From: an uncultured archaeon
GTDB taxonomy: Archaea; Asgardarchaeota; Lokiarchaeia; Sigyniarchaeales; SOKP01
Reading direction: 5' to 3'
Assembly: GCA_964388035.1 (NCBI GenBank)
Contig: CAYLZE010000059.1
Location: forward strand, 1-30,923
DNA length: 30,923 bases
Part shown: piece by piece, positions 9,265 through 17,092 of the stretch
Layout: every line of letters begins with the position of its first letter
How positions within the stretch are numbered: position 1 is the stretch's first letter
Position numbers and translations under genes: made by a program
The notes under the pieces: model-generated
The model's database searches: none
Told to the model about the DNA's origin: nothing
What the model saw: only the letters and a program-made list of their open reading frames with translations

Positions 9265-10143
9265 CTACTTGATACGATCTGCAATGATTAACAAGTGATG
9301 TTCTGGAACTAGCGGTTCATTCATTCCCAGGTTTCTCGTTTCGATGACGTCAAATCCATGGAGTTTTAATAGTTTCTTCCATCCTTCTGTTTTAAGAAAA
9401 TTAAGAGGGACACAAATATCCTCATCACCAATTACCCGATTGTAAAACCAATCTAAAAAGCTATTAACTATTCTTATATCCTTCTCATCTGCGTAGGCTT
9501 CAATAATAACTAAGCGACTTTTGGTTACCCGGGTGGCTTCAGCCAAGAGATGTTCAGGATCGCTTGCATGATGCAATACAGTGAATAAAATGGTAAGATC
9601 TACCTCATCATTCGATAATGGTAGACTCTCTTCTGGAGTATATAGGATTAAAGGAAGATCAGTATAATTATAATCCACAACATCAATCAATAAGACCTCT
9701 TTATTTAGCTGTTCTTTGATTTCTAATGCCAATAATCCATCTCCTGCGCCAAGATCAAGAACTTTCTGGTAGGATGGAGAGATATATTCTTTCACTAATC
9801 CAAAACTGCGCTTAACACGAACATAAGAGCTAGCTTTTTTGTCCTTTTCAGGATCTACATGACTTCTAATAAATTTCCTCAATGTTTCTTCAATTTGTTT
9901 CAGAGGTAATCCTTTTTTGAGCCCTGTAGTAATTGTTCTATTTACATACCACCAAAATACATTTCTTCTAAAAGGATTAACTCCCGCATGTTGCATTGCA
10001 GATATTAATAATGTTCGGATTTCATTCTTATATTGCTTATTCTTTTCATCCTTCTCCTTAAAAATTGGCGTGATTGTGCTTTCTATCAGACTGATATCAT
10101 TTTCATTCATAAGTTTATGAAATATTATTTCTTCTTCGACCAT
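9265..10143 (-). CDS. Class I SAM-dependent methyltransferase with N-terminal extension
   Basis: Motif I VLDLGAGDG, 'LPLSNDEVDLTILFTVLHHASDPEHLLAEATRV'. Confidence 0.88.
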   Translation of the reverse strand: MVEEEIIFHKLMNENDISLIESTITPIFKEKDEKNKQYKNEIRTLLISAMQHAGVNPFRRNVFWWYVNRTITTGLKKGLPLKQIEETLRKFIRSHVDPEKDKKASSYVRVKRSFGLVKEYISPSYQKVLDLGAGDGLLALEIKEQLNKEVLLIDVVDYNYTDLPLILYTPEESLPLSNDEVDLTILFTVLHHASDPEHLLAEATRVTKSRLVIIEAYADEKDIRIVNSFLDWFYNRVIGDEDICVPLNFLKTEGWKKLLKLHGFDVIETRNLGMNEPLVPEHHLLIIADRIK

Positions 10144-10412
10144 TTTTTCTATAACCTTTTTTGAAATTATTGTGGATTTCTTTTTATTTAATTAAAAAAA
10201 AGCATGAATATTAATTCAATTAATCTTAAAATGATCCTAAATTAATACTTTTCTGAGATTATGAAGAAAAGTGAAATTAACTGATTCAATCAAAATCCTG
10301 CAAAAAATTATCTCTAATTTAATCCAAATTTTATCATTTAAAAAAGCTAATTGAATCTTAAATTATAATATTGTTAAATTCTTTCTAATCGACGTGTATA
10401 GAAAGAAAAGAA

Positions 10413-10627
10413 TGGTCCATCGGGGAATTTCAGTACATCCGTTATCCAGATCCTACATTTGAACCCCGGCTCTCGGGTTTGCCTCGATCCAGGACAAATT
10501 TTTTTCCATGTATGTCCGGTGTCTTATAAGACCCGCGCTTGTTGGCCAAGCGATTGCTTACCCGTTAACCATTTCAGATAAGGAATTACCTTTACAAGGT
10601 TTCCTTGATTGGCTGAGCTAATGGACC
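10413..10627 (-). tRNA. tRNA-Ile(UAU) with four introns: 10572-10610 (39 nt, D-loop 17/17a), 10541-10565 (25 nt, 21/22), 10480-10524 (45 nt, 37/38), 10427-10457 (31 nt, 59/60)
   Basis: Spliced by hand: GGTCCAT TA GCTC AGCCTGGTTA AAGC G CGGGT CT-TAT-AA ACCCG AGAGC CGGGG TTCAAAT CCCCG ATGGACC A (75 nt). Acceptor stem (7 bp), anticodon stem (5 bp) and T-stem (5 bp) are perfect. C4-G69 and A73 fit Ile. BHB central helices are TCAG/CTGA, TGGT/GCCA and TTCA/TGAA. The 37/38 helix is imperfect (CTTA/GAGG). Anticodon at 10526-10528. Confidence 0.85.
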
Positions 10628-10650
10628 TGAGGGCCAAGTTTTCTATTTAA

Positions 10651-10658
10651 TTTTAAAA
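10651..10658 (-). promoter_or_regulatory. Candidate TATA box for the tRNA-Ile gene
   Basis: TTTTAAAA lies 24-31 nt upstream of G1. The AT-rich background limits specificity. Confidence 0.35.
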
Positions 10659-10725
10659 GAGGCTAAACCTCAAAAATCTCTATTATAGTGTAAGGAAAGA
10701 AAAAAATAAAAGTTTTCTGAAATTT

Positions 10726-10801
10726 AGTCTAAAATTAGACTTTCTCTAATTTTAGAGAACAATTGAATATTACACATTTATATTTTAGTTCTAATATTAT
10801 A
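10726..10801. promoter_or_regulatory. Repeated palindromic motif TCTAA-N2-TTAGA (two exact cores, one near copy)
   Basis: AGTCTAA-AA-TTAGACT (10726-10741) abuts TTCTCTAA-TT-TTAGAGAA (10742-10759). A third copy, TCTAA-TA-TTATA, is at 10790-10801. Confidence 0.5.
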
Positions 10802-10878
10802 TTTATAATTGATAAAATAAGAAAAAAACAATTATTTTGGAGAGTCAAAATACGCAATAATGGAGGAGAACGCTTAAA

Positions 10879-11328
10879 ATGGCTGAAATGTTAACGGATC
10901 TTTTGCAGAACATTTATAATCGCATTTCCCAGTTAGGAATGAGCATACAGAGTTTAAAGCAATCCTTAGACGAATTAAATAAGAATATAGAATCTCAAAT
11001 TACCAGTTTAACGGGTAAAATGGGAGAGTTCTCAAAAGAGATTGAAATAACTCAAACAAAACACGTAAATACCATGAAAGAGATAGGAGATAGCGTGACA
11101 ATGGAATTAAAAGAAATTGAACAAGATATCGGATTAGAAGCGTTTAAAGAATTAATTGGAAAATTAGAAGGGTTCTCCCAAATCGCGGAAGAGGTACTTA
11201 ATCAAGAGAATGTCAATTTATTATTATCTGAGGCTATTAATTCTGTAAAAGAAATGAAGGAAACTCTTAGACAAGGACCGATTCCCGTTAATGCAGAAAA
11301 AAAGGAGGAGAGCGAGCAGGATGGCTGA
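10879..11328 (+). CDS. Hypothetical coiled-coil protein A
   Basis: 149 aa, all-helical heptad pattern, acidic tail, GGAGGAG upstream of the ATG. Confidence 0.8.
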   Translation: MAEMLTDLLQNIYNRISQLGMSIQSLKQSLDELNKNIESQITSLTGKMGEFSKEIEITQTKHVNTMKEIGDSVTMELKEIEQDIGLEAFKELIGKLEGFSQIAEEVLNQENVNLLLSEAINSVKEMKETLRQGPIPVNAEKKEESEQDG

Positions 11329-11746
11329 AGCATTATTGGAAGAGATGATCAATAAGATTAATTTGATAACATCATCTCTTGATGGGACGATTGCTCAATT
11401 AAATAAGATGAATGATGCGATTAATTCCATGCGACAAAAGTTTAGTGAGGAAATTGTGAGTCTAACTGAAAATATAAGGCTGATTGTAGAAGTTTTAAAA
11501 CAATTCCGAGTACGTTCGAGTAAGGAAATGCAAGCAATTTCGGAAGAATTTAATTTAAAAATAAAGAATTTTTATGATAAAGAAGCGATTAAGAGGATTA
11601 CCAAGGAAGAGAAAGAAGCAATTGATTTTGTCAAACAAGCTTCAAGAACAATATCGAATAATCTGTATTACGTGCAATTATTATCTATTATTGGTTCGAT
11701 CCGAGAAGAAGTTAATAGGATTATGGGCTCTGTAGAGCAGACTTGA
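11321..11746 (+). CDS. Hypothetical coiled-coil protein B, probable paralogue of A (start moved to ATG 11321, MAEALL...)
   Basis: ATG 11321 overlaps the end of gene A (ATGgcTGA), follows GGAGGAG and gives the same MAE- start. 141 aa with a heptad pattern. Confidence 0.8.
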   Translation: MAEALLEEMINKINLITSSLDGTIAQLNKMNDAINSMRQKFSEEIVSLTENIRLIVEVLKQFRVRSSKEMQAISEEFNLKIKNFYDKEAIKRITKEEKEAIDFVKQASRTISNNLYYVQLLSIIGSIREEVNRIMGSVEQT

Positions 11747-11847
11747 TAGATTCTTACTCAAACCTACCTATCATTTTTTTCAATAAGATATTTAATTTTT
11801 AGACTCTTTTTATAATATTAATTTAAATTATCCAAGTAACCATATTC

Positions 11848-12741
11848 ATGACGGGAGGATGTTTCTGTTATATAGTTGCGGATTTAAAACTCTTAGGGCA
11901 ATATTTTAAAGAAGATTATAAGGATTTTGAACTTACTAATAATCTTTTTCTTAGATTGAATTTGGATCATGAAAGAAATGAATTCAATCTTCTTAAATTA
12001 AAAGACTTGATCATTCTAACTTATTCCCATGAAGTTTCGACCAAGGCCCATCGAAAACCTCCAAAATTCATTTTAGGTATTTTATTGACAGAGAATGAGG
12101 ATCCTGAAAAATTCCGTCCTGCATTAAAAAGTGCTTCAAATGAGATCGAAGCACTCGATCTTTTAAATATTTCCCGGGAAGAGTTTGAAACCAAATTAAA
12201 GCAAATTTACGAGGATCACATTGAGACTCTCATGGATATTCTGCATCCGCGAGAAATTAAGGAAAGAGTCATAAGTCGCACCAAGAATTTATTAGAAGGT
12301 AGTAAACAAGAAAGGAAAATTGCCCAAGAACTATTAGAAAAAATCGAAGATAAATTGCACGAAAAAATAATTACTTTCTATCATGCAGCTGAAAAAGCAT
12401 TAAAAAACAAAGATTACGATAAAGCAGCAAAAAATTTTCTTAAAGCTTCTGAAGTGGCGGAGGAATTATTAGAAAAGGATTTGTCTAAAACCTTTAAAGA
12501 ACGTGCGCGCATTTCTCAGAATGTGCCTTCACTTTCCAAGCAAATGGAGGAATTTCAGATGAATGCAAGAAACGCTTTAAGGAATGAAAAGTTCCATGAA
12601 TCTTATCGATATTATAAAAAAGCAAGTGAACTAGCTAAGGAATTGATGCTGGCAGAAAAAGAAGAGGAATACCGATTAAAATCTAAAGCTCTCCAAGATT
12701 TTTACCAAGTAGATGAAAAATTTAGAAAAGCCAAAAAATAA
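11848..12741 (+). CDS. Hypothetical protein: N-terminal longin-like alpha/beta domain plus two MIT/TPR-like helical repeats
   Basis: N-terminal strand-strand-helix run 'IILTYSHE..KFILGILLTENEDPEKFRPALK'. Repeats 'AAEKALKNKDYDKAAKNFLKASEVAEEL' and 'NARNALRNEKFHESYRYYKKASELAKEL'. Fold calls are inference. Confidence 0.55.
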   Translation: MTGGCFCYIVADLKLLGQYFKEDYKDFELTNNLFLRLNLDHERNEFNLLKLKDLIILTYSHEVSTKAHRKPPKFILGILLTENEDPEKFRPALKSASNEIEALDLLNISREEFETKLKQIYEDHIETLMDILHPREIKERVISRTKNLLEGSKQERKIAQELLEKIEDKLHEKIITFYHAAEKALKNKDYDKAAKNFLKASEVAEELLEKDLSKTFKERARISQNVPSLSKQMEEFQMNARNALRNEKFHESYRYYKKASELAKELMLAEKEEEYRLKSKALQDFYQVDEKFRKAKK

Positions 12742-12790
12742 ACCCGTTTTAATAGGATTAAGTTCACCATAAAACCATATAATAGCTAAG

Positions 12791-13612
12791 ATGAATAAGA
12801 TCATAACCCTTTTAACTGATTTTGGAGAAAAGGGTCAGCATTATGTTGCTAGCTTGAAAGGAGTAATCCTTAGTATCAATCCCCGTGTAACAATAGTTGA
12901 TATCTCTCATTCCATTTCTTCATTTTCAATTACTGAAACGCAATACATCATTGCATCCACGCGGCATTATTTTCCTGAAAGTACTGTTTTTGTTATAGTG
13001 GTAGATCCTGGTGTTGGGAGTAGTCGAGAAATTATAGCTTTTAAAACAATAGATAATAAATACTTTATTGGTCCGAATAATGGTATATTTAGTTCTATTT
13101 CTTTCCATGAAATTGCGTATTGTGTAAACGTGCAGAATGATAAATACTTTCGTCATCCCGTGTCGAATACGTTTCATGGAAGGGATATAATCGCCCCAAT
13201 CGGTGCCTATTTAACAAAAGAAATTTCTCTTGAAGAAATGGGCCCCCAATTTGATCTTGAAAACATTGTGAGAATACCCCTCCTCCTCAGAATAAACGAG
13301 GAGAAGAAAAGAATTAAATGCACGGCTCAATTTATTGATAATTTTGGTAACATCACCACGAATATCAAGCTAAATGAAGATAACCGCGTGGAAAATTCCT
13401 CCCTTATAATAAAGGAACAATCTATTCTTAGCTTTATCCACGAAAATGAAACCTATTCCGGATTATTTGCTACTCATTATGATGACATTCCTAAAAATGA
13501 AACTTTCTTCATGAAAGGGTCGACCAATTTATTAGAAATCTCTAAAAATCAGGCTCATGCTGCAGAAAGTTATAAAATTAAAAGCGGGGATATTCTGGAA
13601 ATTGTGTTTTAA
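12791..13612 (+). CDS. SAM hydroxide adenosyltransferase / SAM-dependent chlorinase-fluorinase family (DUF62)
   Basis: ITLLTDFG, VDISH, VVDPGVGSSR, GPNNG, SNTFHGRDI and IDNFGNITTN motifs. Confidence 0.95.
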   Translation: MNKIITLLTDFGEKGQHYVASLKGVILSINPRVTIVDISHSISSFSITETQYIIASTRHYFPESTVFVIVVDPGVGSSREIIAFKTIDNKYFIGPNNGIFSSISFHEIAYCVNVQNDKYFRHPVSNTFHGRDIIAPIGAYLTKEISLEEMGPQFDLENIVRIPLLLRINEEKKRIKCTAQFIDNFGNITTNIKLNEDNRVENSSLIIKEQSILSFIHENETYSGLFATHYDDIPKNETFFMKGSTNLLEISKNQAHAAESYKIKSGDILEIVF

Positions 13613-13626
13613 AGGGGGCAACTCTA

Positions 13627-14760
13627 ATGAATGAAGAATTATTAGCTTGCATAAAAGATGAAAATATAGAAGCATTGGAGACTGGACAACTCTCGAAAAG
13701 TGTTTTTCCTTATCCAAGGAGGGAAGCGCATGAGAAAGGGATTTCCCATCTGATCGTGCGCGTTTTTATAATGGCACTCACGGCTAAAGATGAACCGTTA
13801 TTTCTTGTCCAAAAACGCAATGAAAAAAAAAAGAGTTATCCTAATTATTATACGGATTCTGCAAGTGGACACGTTATTTATAGAGAAAATCTTAGCTTCG
13901 AAGATATTAAAAAAGATGCATTAAGAGAATTGGAAGAAGAAATGGGGATATCCTCAAAATTCATTCAATTTCTTAACTTTGAGAGAATACAGCGGGAAAA
14001 AGATAGTTTTACGGGTGAAGTTGCCTATATCTTTTTTGGTCTCGTGGACTCTGAAATAGAACTAAGCCCAGACCAGGAAGAAGTAGATACTCAAGCTAGT
14101 AAATTTTATACTAAGAAAGAATTGCACGCGATTTTGAGCCAGGAACAATTAGTAGATTATTCAAGAGAAGTCTGGCAAGATCTCATAGATTTAGATATTC
14201 GATCGTATTTTGGGGGAATGAAAGATAATAATGGGGATACCAAAGCTATTATCGGGTTATTTATTGGAAGGTTTCAACCTCTTCACCATGGCCATGTTCA
14301 TGTCATCAATGCTATGCGTAAAAATTGTCAATTTTTAAAAATTGGTATTGGAAGTGCTCAATTATCCCATGAAAAAGACAATCCCTTTACGGCGAAAGAA
14401 CGGAGGGAATTCATTCAAGCGGTGTTAGAAAAAAGAAATGTTTTGCCCAAACAATATGCAATTTATGAAATTCCCGATATATTTAATGCAAGTAAATGGG
14501 TAAAGCATGTTGCCACAATTGCAGGAGAATTTAATCTTGTATTCTCGAATAGTGATTGGGTTAGAAATTTATTTCAAAAAGAAGGATATCAATTAGCTAA
14601 AAAATACGTAGTTTTTAAAAAAAAATATAATGGATCTCATATTAGGGACCTTATTGAGGAAGATGACCAGATATATAGAAATCTCGTGCCAAATGAAGTC
14701 ATTAAATTGATGAAAAAATTTGATGGAATAGAGCGTATTAAAAGCTTAGAAAAAAAATAA
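13627..14760 (+). CDS. nadM: Fusion of an N-terminal Nudix (IDI-1/YfcD-like) domain and a C-terminal nicotinamide-nucleotide adenylyltransferase
   Basis: Nudix: 'RREAHEKGISH..VRVFI..LVQKR..DSASGHV..ALRELEEEMGI'. NadM: 'FIGRFQPLHHGH', 'IGIGSAQLSHEKDNPFTAKER', 'YNGSHIR', 'LVP'. Confidence 0.9.
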   Translation: MNEELLACIKDENIEALETGQLSKSVFPYPRREAHEKGISHLIVRVFIMALTAKDEPLFLVQKRNEKKKSYPNYYTDSASGHVIYRENLSFEDIKKDALRELEEEMGISSKFIQFLNFERIQREKDSFTGEVAYIFFGLVDSEIELSPDQEEVDTQASKFYTKKELHAILSQEQLVDYSREVWQDLIDLDIRSYFGGMKDNNGDTKAIIGLFIGRFQPLHHGHVHVINAMRKNCQFLKIGIGSAQLSHEKDNPFTAKERREFIQAVLEKRNVLPKQYAIYEIPDIFNASKWVKHVATIAGEFNLVFSNSDWVRNLFQKEGYQLAKKYVVFKKKYNGSHIRDLIEEDDQIYRNLVPNEVIKLMKKFDGIERIKSLEKK

Positions 14761-14770
14761 TAAAAACAAA

Positions 14771-15844
14771 TTGAACATGGAAGACAGTTTAAAAATTGAC
14801 GCAGCTTTTGGCGAAGGAGGGGGATCGATCTTACGGTTAAGCGTGGCCTTTTCCGTGTTATTTCAAAAACCCATCCAGCTTTTTAATATTCGAGCAAAAC
14901 GCTCAAAGCCGGGCTTAAGATTACAGCATCTCTTGGGTATTAAAACTCTTGCAAAATTAACAAATAGCAAACTGAGCAAATGCGGAGTGGGTACTACGGA
15001 ATTAACCTTTATACCCGGCATAAATTCAAGTATAAATAATTACCTTGAAGTAGAAATAGATACGGCTGCAAGTTTAGGGTTATTAATACAACCCATTCAG
15101 ATTGCCAGTCTTGGATTTCATGAACCAGAAAAGATTGAGATTTTACTAAAAGGAGGAGGAACTTTTGGAAAATGGGCTCCAAGTATTAGTTATTTAGCAA
15201 ATGTGACGAATGAACTATTTAAAAGAAGTGGATTGCGAACAGAAATTGAAGTAGAGCGCCATGGATTTTATCCTAAAGGAGGTGCTTTGGTTAAAGTCAA
15301 GATTTTTCCTCCACAAGGTGACTTGAAACCCCTTACATTAACAGAATTAGGGGAAACGGAAGTGATTAAAGGAGAAATCATATGTTCCACTCATTTAAGG
15401 AAACCCCAGGTGGCACAAAGAATTAAAGAATCAGCCACCAAGTACCTATCTAAAAAGGTGAAGAATAAAATGGAAATTATTTTTGATTATGTCCCGTCAT
15501 TTAGCACGGGAGTGGGTCTTACATTATGGAGCCAAACAAGCACGGGTGCAATTATTTCCAGTGGAACTATCTTGGGGGAAAAAGGACTATCCTCTGAAGA
15601 AATAGGGAAAATAGCAGTAAACGAGCTGTTAAAATACATTCATCACAATATTCCCGTGGATAATTACCTTAGTGATCAGCTAATCCCATTAATGGCTTAT
15701 GTAAGGGAGAGCTCTTGCATTAAAGTATTGGAAATAACTAGTCACGCAAAAACAAATATGGATCTTCTTAAATTATTCCTACCTCGTGAAAGCATAATAG
15801 TGAGAGAAGATGAAGGATATCTAATAAATTACCCTAAAATCTAA
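14771..15844 (+). CDS. rtcA: RNA 3'-terminal phosphate cyclase (start TTG 14771 or ATG 14777)
   Basis: GEGGGSILR, NIRAKRSKPGLRLQH, GFYPKGG, VDNYLSDQL, and the catalytic His in TSHAKTN. Confidence 0.93.
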   Translation: MNMEDSLKIDAAFGEGGGSILRLSVAFSVLFQKPIQLFNIRAKRSKPGLRLQHLLGIKTLAKLTNSKLSKCGVGTTELTFIPGINSSINNYLEVEIDTAASLGLLIQPIQIASLGFHEPEKIEILLKGGGTFGKWAPSISYLANVTNELFKRSGLRTEIEVERHGFYPKGGALVKVKIFPPQGDLKPLTLTELGETEVIKGEIICSTHLRKPQVAQRIKESATKYLSKKVKNKMEIIFDYVPSFSTGVGLTLWSQTSTGAIISSGTILGEKGLSSEEIGKIAVNELLKYIHHNIPVDNYLSDQLIPLMAYVRESSCIKVLEITSHAKTNMDLLKLFLPRESIIVREDEGYLINYPKI

Positions 15845-15999
15845 AAGAGAAGTTACTTCTTTTTGAAAAACAATAAAGTAAATATATAAGATACCAACAT
15901 ACTTATTAACTAAGTTCTTTATTATCTTCAATAAAAAGAAAACAAGATATTTTTTTATAATTGTATTTTTATACGATTATTATAAAGTAAAAAAAAAAA

Positions 16000-16935
16000 A
16001 TGTCAGAAATAGGCACTCAACGTTGTCTACGATGCGGAAATGAAAATCCCTCAGACTCTTATGCTTGTAGTTTTTGTGGAAAGAGGTTAAGAATCGAACG
16101 AATAGAACGCGTGAGCTTTTTTAAGAGGATTGAAGAAGAATGGTCCAATCCTTTCCCCATATTCTATAAGATTTTATACTTGTTTATACGACCCAACGTG
16201 GCATTTTGGGATTTAAATCATAAACGAAGTAGTGCACCTGGGTATTTTATTTTATTGTTGAATTCATTATTATATGGTTTGATGGGATTAGCATTTTTCT
16301 CCCATTTTAATATCACTCGAATCGGAGGAACCACGATAGGGGTTTTCAGTAGTGCTCATTTTGCCTATAATTTAACATTCTTTTTAATATTTTTCGGATT
16401 TGGCTTCATATTCCAAGGAATATTATTCTCAGCATTAATATGGTTGTTTTCCAAGGGAGCAAATTATGCCGTGGGTTTTTCTTCACGTCTGGAGGCTCGA
16501 TTCGGCGAGAGGGAAGAAGGAAAAATAAAGTATTCTGAAGAAAATCTCAGTCCTTTTAGTATCTATCGAGGAGGCACCCTTCTTCAAAAACAACAGGCCA
16601 ATAAATATAGAATGATGCTCTGTGCTTTCACGCCTTTTTTATTAATTAATTTGGTGAAAGTCTTTATTATTTGGATTGCTTTTCCCACTGTGAATGTGAC
16701 GGTATCGGGAACGGTTGATGATTCTTTATTTCAAGCGATGTTCTCCTCTTCTGTTTGGGCCGTATTAGATGTGTTGGATGCAATAACTATTGCTGTTTGG
16801 GTACCGATTTTAATCACGTTTGCCATTAGGGAATTAGCAAATTCTTCTACCTTTCGAGTTCTGATTCCCTCCCTCATCATTGGGATTATTATTTCTATTT
16901 TATTTTATTTCTTGCGACCGACATTATTTGGATAA
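16000..16935 (+). CDS. Zinc-ribbon plus Yip1-like multi-pass membrane protein
   Basis: CxxC-x10-CxxC (CLRC...CSFC), 'LFIRPNVAFWDL' Yip1-type lead-in, about 5 TM helices, 'AFTPFLL'. Confidence 0.65.
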   Translation: MSEIGTQRCLRCGNENPSDSYACSFCGKRLRIERIERVSFFKRIEEEWSNPFPIFYKILYLFIRPNVAFWDLNHKRSSAPGYFILLLNSLLYGLMGLAFFSHFNITRIGGTTIGVFSSAHFAYNLTFFLIFFGFGFIFQGILFSALIWLFSKGANYAVGFSSRLEARFGEREEGKIKYSEENLSPFSIYRGGTLLQKQQANKYRMMLCAFTPFLLINLVKVFIIWIAFPTVNVTVSGTVDDSLFQAMFSSSVWAVLDVLDAITIAVWVPILITFAIRELANSSTFRVLIPSLIIGIIISILFYFLRPTLFG

Positions 16936-17092
16936 ACGACCGAGAAATGCCTAATATTTTTAGCTTTTCTTCCCGAAATGTTAGAGTTAAAGAAAGTTAA
17001 TTTATCCAAAATAAAATAATAAAATTAATATTTTTTATATTCCTTCTCCTTATATCTAATTACTATTAAAAAAAATTTAATTTTGAAGAAAA

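Noticed and set aside
10480-10530. Alternative anticodon readings of the four-intron tRNA (GGC/Ala via a 33/34 intron, or GAT)
   Set aside because: There is no G3-U70 pair for Ala, and GAT would need an extra 6-nt intron. The canonical 37/38 position gives TAT with Ile identity elements.
13627-14190. Isopentenyl-diphosphate isomerase type 1 call for the N-terminal Nudix domain
   Set aside because: The catalytic Cys is absent (DSASGH) and a Nudix-box-like RELEEEMG is intact.
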